64,000 nucleotides of DNA from an uncultured Neglectibacter sp. (GTDB lineage Bacteria > Bacillota > Clostridia > Oscillospirales > Acutalibacteraceae). A model generated the notes under the pieces. It was not told the origin of the DNA and did no database searches. It saw only the letters and a list, made by a program, of their open reading frames with translations. Shown here one piece after another: positions 19,429 through 28,242 of this stretch. How positions within the stretch are numbered: the first letter of the stretch is position 1; every line of letters begins with the position of its first letter. The position numbers and the translations under genes were made by a program. The stretch lies in the NCBI RefSeq assembly GCF_937958185.1, contig NZ_CALFFN010000036.1, one strand, 5' to 3'.

Positions 19429-20634
19429 ATGGGCTTTTTTGAAAAAATCCGGGACGGGCTGAAAAAGACCCGGGACAATATCAGCGGGCAGATCACCCAG
19501 ATGGTGAACTCCTTTACGAAAATCGACGAGGAGCTGTTCGAGGAGCTGGAAGAGCTGCTGGTCATGGGGGACGTGGGGGTGGAGACCTCCGTGTACATCA
19601 CCGATGAGCTGAGAAAGAAAATCAAGGAAAAGGGCATTACCGACCCTTCCCTTATCATGGACGAGCTGAAGGAGATCGTGCGGGAGCTGCTTTCCGGCGA
19701 CGATACACTGCACCTGTCCACCAAGCCTTCCGTGATCCTTGTCATCGGCGTCAACGGCGTAGGCAAGACCACTACCATCGGCAAGCTGGCTGCCCGGCTG
19801 AAAGCGGAGGGGAAGTCTGTGATTTTGGGCGCGGCGGATACGTTCCGCGCCGCCGCCATCGAGCAGCTTGACGTCTGGGCACAGCGGGCCCAGGTGCCCA
19901 TGATAAAGCACGGCGAGGGGGCTGACCCTGCTGCCGTGGTGTATGATACCATTTCCGCCGCCAAAGCAAGGGGCTGTGATGTGGTGATCTGCGACACGGC
20001 GGGGCGGCTGCACAACAAGAAGAACCTGATGGACGAGCTGGCGAAAATTTCTCGCGTGATCGACCGGGAGCTGCCCGGCTGCGACCGGGAGACCCTGCTG
20101 GTGCTGGACGCCGCCACCGGGCAGAACGCCGTCAATCAGGCCCGGGAGTTCCAAAGCGCCGCCGGGATCACCGGCATTGTACTGACCAAGCTGGACGGCA
20201 CACCCAAGGGCGGCGTGGTGTTGCCCATCAAGAAGGACCTGGGGCTTTCTGTTAAATTTATCGGCGTAGGCGAGCAGGTGGACGATCTGCAGCCCTTTGA
20301 CGCCGCCGCCTTTACGGACGCCCTGTTCGATTCGGGAGAAAATCCGCCGGAGCAGAAAGCGGTATCTTCCGAGCCGGAAGAAGCGGTTCCTGCCCGGCAG
20401 GAGGAAGCGGCTGTGCAGCCTTCTCAGCCGGAGCCGGAAGAAACCCCGGAGGAAAAGCAAAAACGGTTCCGCGCCTTTGTGGACGGGCTGTTGGAAAAGC
20501 TGGATCGAAACGAGAACGTTCACGATCTGCTTCCTGAGCTTGTCCGCTGGCGGGACGACAGCTCACTGGAACGGGACGATCAGCGTCTGGTGAGGAATCT
20601 GCTGCTGACTGTGGAAAACCGGGAAAACGGATAG
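19429..20634 (+). CDS. ftsY: Signal recognition particle receptor FtsY with C-terminal extension
   Basis: GVNGVGKTTTIGKLA, DTFRAAA, DTAGR, TKLDG, GVGEQVDDLQPF, then about 95 extra residues. Confidence 0.96.
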   Translation: MGFFEKIRDGLKKTRDNISGQITQMVNSFTKIDEELFEELEELLVMGDVGVETSVYITDELRKKIKEKGITDPSLIMDELKEIVRELLSGDDTLHLSTKPSVILVIGVNGVGKTTTIGKLAARLKAEGKSVILGAADTFRAAAIEQLDVWAQRAQVPMIKHGEGADPAAVVYDTISAAKARGCDVVICDTAGRLHNKKNLMDELAKISRVIDRELPGCDRETLLVLDAATGQNAVNQAREFQSAAGITGIVLTKLDGTPKGGVVLPIKKDLGLSVKFIGVGEQVDDLQPFDAAAFTDALFDSGENPPEQKAVSSEPEEAVPARQEEAAVQPSQPEPEETPEEKQKRFRAFVDGLLEKLDRNENVHDLLPELVRWRDDSSLERDDQRLVRNLLLTVENRENG

Positions 20635-20649
20635 GAAAGAGGGAAAAAC

Positions 20650-21231
20650 ATGAAATTTGTAATTGCCACCCACAACAGGGGAAAGGTTGTGGAATTTAAG
20701 AGAATGCTGGAGCCTATGGGCATCGAGGTGGTGACGGCGGAGCTTTCGGAGCCGGAAGAAACGGGAACCACCTTTGAAGAGAACGCTTTCATCAAAGCGG
20801 AAGCTGCCTGCCGGGAAACGGGTCTGCCCGCTGTGGCGGACGATTCCGGGCTGTGCGTGGATCATCTGGGCGGCGAGCCGGGCATTTATTCCGCCCGTTT
20901 TGCCGAGCCGGGCAAGCGCAGGCTCACCGTACTTCAAAAGCTTCAGGGCGTGCCCAAAGAGCAGCGGGGCGCCCATTTTACCAGCGCCGTGTGTTGTGTG
21001 TTCCCAAACGGGGACAGGATCGAAGCCGAGGGGAAATGCTATGGCGCCATTGCCTTTGAATCCCGGGGCGAAAACGGCTTTGGCTATGATTCCATTTTCG
21101 AGCAGGACGGACGCACCTTTGGGGAGATGTCCGATGAAGAAAAGGACGCCCGCAGCCACCGGGGCTTCGCCTTTCAGGAGTTTGAAAAAAAGCTGAAAGC
21201 GTACCTGAAAAGCCATGGGGAAAACGGGTGA
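20650..21231 (+). CDS. rdgB: Non-canonical purine NTP pyrophosphatase (RdgB/HAM1)
   Basis: ATHNRGK, ETGTTFEENA, ADDSGL, PGIYSARF, GFGYDSIF, SHRG. Confidence 0.95.
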   Translation: MKFVIATHNRGKVVEFKRMLEPMGIEVVTAELSEPEETGTTFEENAFIKAEAACRETGLPAVADDSGLCVDHLGGEPGIYSARFAEPGKRRLTVLQKLQGVPKEQRGAHFTSAVCCVFPNGDRIEAEGKCYGAIAFESRGENGFGYDSIFEQDGRTFGEMSDEEKDARSHRGFAFQEFEKKLKAYLKSHGENG

Positions 21232-21602
21232 AAACCATGGAGTTTATAGAGAAAAGCAAAATTGTCGGTCTATCAAATCCGGGCGTGGTGTCCCGGCAGC
21301 TATTGAACCCTGACAATTCGTCCAGCGAAAGAGTGACGATTACGGAGGTCCATGTGGAGCCGGGGGCAAGCCAGCCGCGGCATACGCATGAGGCTTCCGA
21401 GCAGGTGTGGTACGCGCTGAAGGGGCAGGGCAGGCTGCTTCTCCGAAACGGGGAGGAAAAGGCATTTCAGGCGGGAGACGTGGTGCGGTTCACAGAGAAA
21501 GAGATCCATGGGTTCCGCAACGACAGCGGCGGGGAATTTGTCTATCTTTCCGTAACAGCCCCGCCGTTCCATTTTGGGACGGCTTATCAGAAAAAAGAAT
21601 GA
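21228..21602 (+). CDS. Cupin domain protein
   Basis: PGASQPRHTHEASEQVWYALKGQG..AGDVV..HGFRN cupin motifs. Confidence 0.85.
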   Translation: MKTMEFIEKSKIVGLSNPGVVSRQLLNPDNSSSERVTITEVHVEPGASQPRHTHEASEQVWYALKGQGRLLLRNGEEKAFQAGDVVRFTEKEIHGFRNDSGGEFVYLSVTAPPFHFGTAYQKKE

Positions 21603-21651
21603 TGGCTCCCGCGTGACAGGAGCCCGGCGCCGGGGAGGCTTTGACAGGAAA

Positions 21652-22185
21652 ATGAGGTTAGAAAAAGAGATCGTCGGGGAACGTGTTGCCCTGCGCAGCT
21701 ATGAAAGCGCCGATTTGGATTTTTGTACGGGTATGTGGCTTGATCCTGAAAATGGCAGGTATTTAAGCGACCCCACGGCGGAATATGTGGACGAAGCGTA
21801 CCGAAAGGCGCTGAATGCCATGCAGGAGAGTGAAGATGGGTATTATCTTATTGCGGAGAAAAAAGATACCGGGGAAGCCATCGGCACCTGCTGCGCTTTC
21901 CCTGATTCGGAGGGAAAAACCTATGATATCGGCTACTGCGTCCATATGAGCTGCTGGAAACAGGGATATGGCACGGAAATCGTCAGGCTTTTGACCGGCT
22001 GGATCAGGAAGCAGGGCGCGGAAAGGGTCACGGCGGAGGCTGCGGTGGAAAATGCCGGCTCCTGCAGGCTGCTGGAAAGCTGCGGCTTTACCGTTCACAA
22101 GGAGAGCGAGTTCAAAAAGTATGGCATGGATAGAAAATTCAAAAGTTATGTCTACCAAAAGGACTGGAAAGGAAGAAAACCATGA
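21652..22185 (+). CDS. GNAT N-acetyltransferase (RimJ/RimL-like)
   Basis: ERVALR, DIGYCV..WKQGYGTE, ENAGSCRLLESCGF. Confidence 0.85.
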   Translation: MRLEKEIVGERVALRSYESADLDFCTGMWLDPENGRYLSDPTAEYVDEAYRKALNAMQESEDGYYLIAEKKDTGEAIGTCCAFPDSEGKTYDIGYCVHMSCWKQGYGTEIVRLLTGWIRKQGAERVTAEAAVENAGSCRLLESCGFTVHKESEFKKYGMDRKFKSYVYQKDWKGRKP

Positions 22186-22640
22186 AAGCTGTTTGCGGAT
22201 TGAATTGTAGCGAATGCTCGGAAAAGGAAACTTGCCCGGGGTGTGAGAAAATCGGCGGGGACGGGAAATGTGTGATCGCCGCCTGCGCCGCTGCCCATGC
22301 CGGAGAAAGCGGCTGTGAAAGCTGCCACTTTTTTGACGGCTGCGGTACCAGCGAGCAGCTGTTCCGGGAGTTCAAAGCCCTTGGGATTGAGGACATGCCG
22401 GAGATCACCTATCTGAACGCGCTGCCCGGTCACTTTATCAATTTGGAATATACCCTGCCCGGAGGGCGGAAGGTAAAGCTGTGGGACGACAAGCGCATCT
22501 ATTGGGGAAACCAGGTGGAAAAGAAAGGTAGCGACCGCTGTTACGGGCTAACTGCCGATGAAAACTATCTTCTTGTCTGCGAATACGGCTGTGGCGGTTC
22601 GGACCCGGAAATCGTCTGCTTCCGGCGCAGAAAGAAATGA
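22182..22640 (+). CDS. Cys-rich DUF3795-like protein
   Basis: CGLNCSEC..CPGC..C..C..CESC N-terminus; ATGA overlap with the GNAT gene. Confidence 0.7.
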   Translation: MKAVCGLNCSECSEKETCPGCEKIGGDGKCVIAACAAAHAGESGCESCHFFDGCGTSEQLFREFKALGIEDMPEITYLNALPGHFINLEYTLPGGRKVKLWDDKRIYWGNQVEKKGSDRCYGLTADENYLLVCEYGCGGSDPEIVCFRRRKK

Positions 22641-22716
22641 TTTATGTAAACTGAACATCTAATAACTATAGAAATTGCGCACAAAGATTGTGAGTCTGTT
22701 TTAGAAAGGAAAAATT

Positions 22717-23013
22717 ATGTTAACCAGTAAGCAGCGGGCGTATTTGCGCTCCTTAGCAGTAAACGAGGACACCATTCTGATGGTGGGAAAGTCCGGCATG
22801 GGGCAGGAGATCGTGAAGCAGGCGGATTCGGCTTTGGAAAAGCGGGAGTTTATCAAGGGTCGGGTGCTGCCGGATACCTCCCCGATCTCTTCCCGGGAAG
22901 CGGCGGAGGAGCTGGCGGCGAAAACGGGCAGCGATGTGGTGCAGGTCATCGGTTCCCGGTTTGTGCTGTACCGCCGGAAAAAGAAGGACCCGAAGATCGT
23001 GCTGCCGAGGTAA
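22717..23013 (+). CDS. yhbY: YhbY/CRM-domain RNA-binding protein
   Basis: MLTSKQRAYLRSLA..VGKSG..VQVIG..VLYR. Confidence 0.93.
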   Translation: MLTSKQRAYLRSLAVNEDTILMVGKSGMGQEIVKQADSALEKREFIKGRVLPDTSPISSREAAEELAAKTGSDVVQVIGSRFVLYRRKKKDPKIVLPR

Positions 23014-23023
23014 GGCGCAGCCT

Positions 23024-23329
23024 ATGAAAATCATTACAGTATGCGGGAGCCTGCGGTTCCAAAAGGAAATGATGGAGCTCTGCGAGGAGCTGGAACTGGC
23101 TGGGAACTGTGTCCTGGCGCCCATTTACCCGGTCAGGCAGGGGAAAGATGCTTATACGGAAGCCGAGGTCTCCGTGCTGAACGCCATGCACCGGGAAAAA
23201 ATCAAGCTGGCGGACGCTGTTTTCATCGTCAATGTGGGCGGCTACATGGGAGACAGCACCAAAAGCGAAATAGAGTATGCCAAAGCGCTTGGGAAGGAAA
23301 TACTATACTATGCAAATTCGGCGGAATAA
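23024..23329 (+). CDS. Conserved hypothetical protein (nucleoside deoxyribosyltransferase-like fold suspected)
   Basis: MKIITVCGSLRF..KIKLADAVFIVNVGGYMGDSTKSEIEYAKALGKEI; sits between yhbY and nadD. Confidence 0.7.
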   Translation: MKIITVCGSLRFQKEMMELCEELELAGNCVLAPIYPVRQGKDAYTEAEVSVLNAMHREKIKLADAVFIVNVGGYMGDSTKSEIEYAKALGKEILYYANSAE

Positions 23330-23362
23330 GCCGCGGAAAGCAGCCGGAGAGGGGGTATCCAA

Positions 23363-23992
23363 ATGAAGCTTGGCATTTACGGCGGCACCTTTAACCCGAT
23401 CCATCTGGGTCATGTCCATATCCTGAAGGAATTTATCCGGCGGCTGTCTTTGGACTGGGTGCTGCTGATCCCCACGCGGACGCCGCCCCATAAGCAGACC
23501 CATCTTCTGGCAAGCGGGGAAGACAGGCTGACCATGTGCGGTCTTGCCGCAAGGGAAATTGAAGAAGCTCCTGTGGAGGTTTCCGCCATTGAATTGCAGC
23601 GGGAGGGGAAAAGCTATACGGCGGAAACACTGGAAGAGATGAAAGCGGAATTTCCGCAGGACGAGCTTTTTCTGCTGATGGGGGAGGATATGTTCCTTAC
23701 CGTTCACCAGTGGTACCGCCCGGAAACCATTTTTGCCCTGGCGGCAGTCTGTGGCTCTCCCCGCAGTGAGGACGGGCTGGAAAAATTGCAGCGCCAAAAG
23801 ACCATGCTGGAAAAAACTTACCATGCGGTCTGCTTTGTGGAGAACATTCCCTATTTCCCCGCGTCTTCCACGGAAATAAGGGAGCGGGTGGCGCAGGGGA
23901 AAGATCTGTCCCGGCTGGTACCCAGAAGTGTTGCGGAATATATCGGCGCCCACGGTCTGTACAGGGCGGAAGAAAATGAAATGGAAATTTGA
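23363..23992 (+). CDS. nadD: Nicotinate-nucleotide adenylyltransferase
   Basis: GIYGGTFNPIHLGH, PPHK, SYTAETL, SSTEIRER. Confidence 0.96.
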   Translation: MKLGIYGGTFNPIHLGHVHILKEFIRRLSLDWVLLIPTRTPPHKQTHLLASGEDRLTMCGLAAREIEEAPVEVSAIELQREGKSYTAETLEEMKAEFPQDELFLLMGEDMFLTVHQWYRPETIFALAAVCGSPRSEDGLEKLQRQKTMLEKTYHAVCFVENIPYFPASSTEIRERVAQGKDLSRLVPRSVAEYIGAHGLYRAEENEMEI

Positions 23993-24021
23993 GGAAGCGC
24001 CAAGGATAGGAGAGAACAGCC

Positions 24022-24606
24022 GTGACTTACAAGGAGTATGAGGCGGAAGTAAAAAAGCATTTAACAGATCAACGCTTTGTACATTGCCAGTGCGTGGCAA
24101 AGGAAGCGGTGCGCCTGGCAAAGCGGTACGGGGCGGACGAGGAGAAAGCCCGCGTTGCCGGGATACTTCACGACATCATGAAGGATACGCCAAAGGAAGA
24201 ACAGTTGAAAATCATGGAGGACTCTGGTATACTGTTATCCGAATCCTTTCGGGCGAGCCCCAAGCTGTGGCACGCGCTGTCCGGCTCCATTTACTGCGAA
24301 CGGGTGCTGGGCGTGACCGACCGGGAGATTTTAGACGCCATCGCCTGCCATACCAGCGGTAAAAAGGACATGACGCTGCTGGATAAGGTGCTGTTCGTGG
24401 CAGACTATATTTCCGCGGACCGGGATTACCCCGGCGTAAAAGAAATGCGGAAGCTGGCAAAAAAGAGTTTGGAAGAAGCCATGATAGAGGGGATATCCTT
24501 TACTGTGCAGGAAAAAATGGAACAGCGGCTCCCTTTGGGCAGCGGCGCTCTTGACGCGTATAACGACGCGGTGATGACACTGCAAAAAGCAGAGAAAAAA
24601 GATTAG
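24022..24606 (+). CDS. yqeK: HD-domain Ap4A hydrolase YqeK
   Basis: RFVHCQCVA, GILHDIMK, AIACHTSG, LDKVLFVADYI; nadD-yqeK-rsfS synteny. Confidence 0.92.
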   Translation: MTYKEYEAEVKKHLTDQRFVHCQCVAKEAVRLAKRYGADEEKARVAGILHDIMKDTPKEEQLKIMEDSGILLSESFRASPKLWHALSGSIYCERVLGVTDREILDAIACHTSGKKDMTLLDKVLFVADYISADRDYPGVKEMRKLAKKSLEEAMIEGISFTVQEKMEQRLPLGSGALDAYNDAVMTLQKAEKKD

Positions 24607-24622
24607 TGAAAGGAACGACGGC

Positions 24623-24970
24623 ATGACATCATTGGAACTGGCAAAAAAAGCGGCGGCAATTCTGGACAACAAGAAGGGCGGCCGTATCAATGTGATAAAA
24701 ATTGAGGATATTTCCAGCCTGGCGGATTACTTTGTGATCGCCAACGGCACAAGCTCCACCCATGTGCGTGCCCTTGCCGATGAGCTGGAAGAAAAGCTGA
24801 AAACGGAGGGCGTTTCCCCTACACGGGTGGAGGGATACCGCTCCAATTCCTGGGTGCTGCTGGATTACAGCAGCGTGGTGGTCCATGTGTTCACCGGGGA
24901 AGCCAGAGAGTTTTACGATCTTGACCGACTGTGGGCGGACGGTATCAAAGTGGAGTGGAATGAGCAATGA
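24623..24970 (+). CDS. rsfS: Ribosome silencing factor
   Basis: ADYFVIANGTS, WVLLDY..VVVHVF..REFYDLDRLW. Confidence 0.96.
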   Translation: MTSLELAKKAAAILDNKKGGRINVIKIEDISSLADYFVIANGTSSTHVRALADELEEKLKTEGVSPTRVEGYRSNSWVLLDYSSVVVHVFTGEAREFYDLDRLWADGIKVEWNEQ

Positions 24971-24996
24971 GTAATTAGCAATGAGGAATGAGCAAT
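24959..24996 (+). repeat. Heptamer array (family A), left arm of the four-helix-bundle cassette
   Basis: AATGAGC AATGAGT AATTAGC AATGAGG AATGAGC AAT; contains the rsfS stop codon. Confidence 0.9.
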
Positions 24997-25016
24997 TTTT
25001 GTTGGAAGGGGCGCCT

Positions 25017-25373
25017 GTGAAAGAAAATTTGGTGGAACAGAAAAGCCAGGATTTTGCTCTGCGGATTGTGAAGATGTATCAGTATCTGGCTTTTGAGAAG
25101 AAAGAGTATGTTTTATCGAAACAGCTTTTGCGAAGCGGAACAAGTATTGGCGCAAACATTGCAGAAGCGCAGTGCGGGATATCCAGAAAGGACTTTCTGG
25201 CAAAAATGTACATTGCTTACAGGGAATGTGCAGAGACAAAATATTGGATCAACCTGCTTTATCAGGCAGGCTATATGAACGACACACAATACGAGTCCAT
25301 TTTTGCAGACTGTAAGGAACTGTTGAAAATACTTACAGCCATCACAAAAACAACAAGGAGCGAGAAAGAATAA
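25017..25373 (+). CDS. Four-helix-bundle protein (23S rRNA-IVP/Avd-like family)
   Basis: KSQDFALRIVKMY..LSKQLLRSGTSIGANIAEA..SRKDFLAKMYIA..E..ETKYWINLL family signature; GTG at 25017 after GGAAGGGG; AT-rich. Confidence 0.92.
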   Translation: MKENLVEQKSQDFALRIVKMYQYLAFEKKEYVLSKQLLRSGTSIGANIAEAQCGISRKDFLAKMYIAYRECAETKYWINLLYQAGYMNDTQYESIFADCKELLKILTAITKTTRSEKE

Positions 25374-25410
25374 TTGCTAATTGCTAATTACTCATTACTA
25401 ATTGCTCATT
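25373..25410 (-). repeat. Heptamer array (family A), right inverted arm of the four-helix-bundle cassette
   Basis: ATT GCTAATT GCTAATT ACTCATT ACTAATT GCTCATT; its reverse complement matches the left arm at 32/38 positions. Confidence 0.9.
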
Positions 25411-25435
25411 ATGCATTACAAAGGAGGTTTTGCAC

Positions 25436-27844
25436 ATGAAATACAATCATTTGGAATTGGAAAAGAAATGGCAGAAAAAATGGGAAGAAGCTGGTGTTTT
25501 CCACGCGGAGGAGAAGTCTGACAAGCCCAAGTATTACGCGCTGATAGAGTTCCCCTACCCCTCCGGGCAGGGGCTGCACGTGGGGCACCCCAGACCCTAC
25601 ACCGCGCTGGACGTGGTGGCAAGAAAGCGCCGTATGCAGGGCTATAACGTGCTGTATCCCATCGGCTGGGACGCGTTCGGTCTGCCGGCGGAAAATTACG
25701 CCATTAAAAACCATGTCCACCCGGCGGAGATCACCGAGAAAAATATTGCCCGCTTTAAGGCGCAGATGCAGTCGCTGGGCATTTCCTTCGATTGGAGCAG
25801 GGAGATCGCCACCACCGACCCCAACTACTACAAATGGACCCAGTGGATCTTCCTCCAGCTTTATAAGGCGGGGCTTGCCTACAAGAAGGAAATGAACGTA
25901 AACTGGTGCACCTCCTGCAAATGCGTGCTGGCGAACGAAGAGGTGGTGGGCGGCGTGTGCGAACGCTGCGGCAGCGAAGTGGTCCACAAGGTGAAGAGCC
26001 AGTGGATGCTGAAAATCACGGAGTACGCCCAGCGGCTCATCGACGACCTTGACCTGGTGGACTATCCCGAGCGGGTCAAGACCCAGCAGAAGAACTGGAT
26101 CGGGCGCTCCACCGGCGCCGAGGTGGATTTTGACACCACCGCCGGAGACAAGCTGACCATCTACACCACCCGCCCGGACACCCTGTTCGGCGCTACTTAC
26201 ATGGTCATTTCCCCAGAGCACCCCTACATTGAAAAATGGGCGGACAAGCTCCAGAACCTGGACGCTGTGCGGGAATATCAGGCGCAGGCGGCAAAGAAGT
26301 CCGACTTTGAGCGCACGGAGATGGCAAAGGATAAAACCGGCGTTCGGTTGGAGGGCGTTACTGCGGTAAACCCGGTCAACGGCAGGGAAATTCCCATTTT
26401 CATTTCCGACTATGTGCTGGTTTCCTATGGCACCGGCGCCATTATGGCTGTGCCCGCCCACGATACCAGAGACTGGGACTTTGCCAGGAAATTTGACCTG
26501 CCCATCATCGAGGTGGTCAAGGGCGGCAATGTACAGGAGGAAGCCTTTACCGACTGCGAAACGGGCATTATGGTGAATTCCGGCATTCTGGACGGGCTGA
26601 CCGTGGAGGAAGCCAAGAAGAAAATCACGGAATTTCTGGAGGAAAAGGGCATCGGTCACGCCAAGATAAACTACAAGCTGCGGGACTGGGTCTTCTCCCG
26701 CCAGCGCTATTGGGGCGAGCCCATTCCCATGGTATATTGCGAAAAATGCGGCTGGGTGCCCCTGCCGGAAAGCGAGCTGCCTTTAACGCTTCCCAACGTG
26801 GACAGCTATGAGCCCACCGACAATGGGGAATCCCCCCTGTCCAAGATGACCGATTGGGTGAACACCACCTGTCCCCATTGCGGCGGGGCAGCCAAGCGGG
26901 AAACGGACACCATGCCCCAGTGGGCAGGCTCCTCCTGGTATTTCCTGCGGTACATGGACCCCCACAACAGCAGCGAGTTTGCGTCCAGGGAAGCCCTGAA
27001 TTACTGGTCCCCCATCGACTGGTACAACGGCGGCATGGAGCACACCACCCTGCACCTGCTTTACAGCCGTTTCTGGCACAAGTTCCTGTACGACCAGGGG
27101 TATGTCCCCACGCCGGAGCCCTATGCCAAGCGCACCAGCCACGGCATGATCTTAGGCGAGAACGGCGAGAAGATGAGCAAATCCCGGGGCAACGTGGTGA
27201 ACCCGGACGATATTGTGAACGATTACGGCGCAGACACCATGCGGCTCTATGAAATGTTCATCGGCGACTTTGAAAAGGCTGCCCCCTGGAGCAATGCCGG
27301 GATCAAGGGCTGCCGGAGGTTTGCCGAGCGCTACTGGAACCTGCAGGACTGCCTGTGCGACGAGCAGGGCATTCGCCCCGAGCTGGAAAGCGCGTTCCAC
27401 AAGACCATCAAAAAGGTCAGCGAGGACACGGAAAACCTGAAATTTAATACCGCCATCGCCGCTTTGATGACCCTGATGAACTCTATCGGCGAGAAAGGGA
27501 ATATCACCCGGGACGAGCTGCGCATCTTCACCCTGCTGCTCAATCCCTTTGCCCCCCATATCACCGAAGAGGTGTGGGCGCTGTGCAAACTTGGAGAGGG
27601 CATGGTGGCAGAGCAGAGCTGGCCCCGGTATGAGGAAGCCAAGTGTAAGGACGATACCATAGAGATCGTGGTGCAGGTTTGCGGTAAGGTGCGTACCCGC
27701 CTGAACGTTCCGGCAGATATTTCCAAAGAAGCCGCGCTGGAAGCCGCAAAGGCGGAGGAAAAAATTGCCGCGGAGATCGGCGGGAAGACGCTGGTCAAGG
27801 AAATCTACGTTCCCGGCAAGCTGGTCAATCTGGTCGTGAAATAA
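25436..27844 (+). CDS. leuS: Leucine-tRNA ligase
   Basis: FPYPSG.GLHVGH (HIGH), [12 protein letters not shown], editing domain, KMSKS. Confidence 0.98.
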   Translation: MKYNHLELEKKWQKKWEEAGVFHAEEKSDKPKYYALIEFPYPSGQGLHVGHPRPYTALDVVARKRRMQGYNVLYPIGWDAFGLPAENYAIKNHVHPAEITEKNIARFKAQMQSLGISFDWSREIATTDPNYYKWTQWIFLQLYKAGLAYKKEMNVNWCTSCKCVLANEEVVGGVCERCGSEVVHKVKSQWMLKITEYAQRLIDDLDLVDYPERVKTQQKNWIGRSTGAEVDFDTTAGDKLTIYTTRPDTLFGATYMVISPEHPYIEKWADKLQNLDAVREYQAQAAKKSDFERTEMAKDKTGVRLEGVTAVNPVNGREIPIFISDYVLVSYGTGAIMAVPAHDTRDWDFARKFDLPIIEVVKGGNVQEEAFTDCETGIMVNSGILDGLTVEEAKKKITEFLEEKGIGHAKINYKLRDWVFSRQRYWGEPIPMVYCEKCGWVPLPESELPLTLPNVDSYEPTDNGESPLSKMTDWVNTTCPHCGGAAKRETDTMPQWAGSSWYFLRYMDPHNSSEFASREALNYWSPIDWYNGGMEHTTLHLLYSRFWHKFLYDQGYVPTPEPYAKRTSHGMILGENGEKMSKSRGNVVNPDDIVNDYGADTMRLYEMFIGDFEKAAPWSNAGIKGCRRFAERYWNLQDCLCDEQGIRPELESAFHKTIKKVSEDTENLKFNTAIAALMTLMNSIGEKGNITRDELRIFTLLLNPFAPHITEEVWALCKLGEGMVAEQSWPRYEEAKCKDDTIEIVVQVCGKVRTRLNVPADISKEAALEAAKAEEKIAAEIGGKTLVKEIYVPGKLVNLVVK

Positions 27845-27855
27845 AAAGCCCATGG

Positions 27856-27890
27856 AAAAACCGCTCTGAACATGTTCAGAGCGGTTTTTT
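27856..27890. terminator. Bidirectional intrinsic terminator
   Basis: AAAAACCGCTCTGAAC-AT-GTTCAGAGCGGTTTTTT between convergent genes. Confidence 0.85.
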
Positions 27891-27942
27891 GCGCTGCTTT
27901 TCCAGCAGTATCTATTTGGGCGCTTTACCGATATGCGCAGGC

Positions 27943-28206
27943 TTATCTTTTCTGCCGGCGGTATGCCATCAGCGCCCAGCCTGCCAGCATCAGGATCAAA
28001 AGCACCAGCACAGCCCAGCCGATACAGAACACAGGCCACCATGCGGTGTAGTGATCCATTCCCCAGCCTGCCAGCAGCGTCAGCGGATAGAAGATGACAG
28101 ACGCCGCGGCGGAGACCAGCTTCCCGGCGATGTCAAACACACAGCCCACCGCTTTCCAAAAGAAATCGAACAACGTGCCCAGCAGATCAAACAGAAAATT
28201 CAGCAT
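27943..28206 (-). CDS. Small membrane protein downstream of the BceB-type permease
   Basis: 87 aa, hydrophobic C-terminal helix ending RRQKR; GAGGGGAG SD. Confidence 0.7.
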   Translation of the reverse strand: MLNFLFDLLGTLFDFFWKAVGCVFDIAGKLVSAAASVIFYPLTLLAGWGMDHYTAWWPVFCIGWAVLVLLILMLAGWALMAYRRQKR

Positions 28207-28242
28207 AGAGAATCACTCCCCTCAAATCAGGCGGCAGAAGGC

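Noticed and set aside
22640..22716. Possible family C remnant (CTAATAACTA) before yhbY
   Set aside because: Fewer than two full units in an AT-rich spacer; not distinguishable from chance.
24981..25016. ATG at 24981 as the four-helix-bundle start
   Set aside because: This ATG is part of the heptamer array and has no good SD; GTG at 25017 has an SD and gives the family-typical N-terminus.
25017..25373. Diversity-generating retroelement or 23S rRNA intervening sequence suggested by the Avd/IVP-like protein
   Set aside because: No reverse transcriptase, no TR/VR pair with adenine-specific mismatches, and no rRNA sequence seen in the window.
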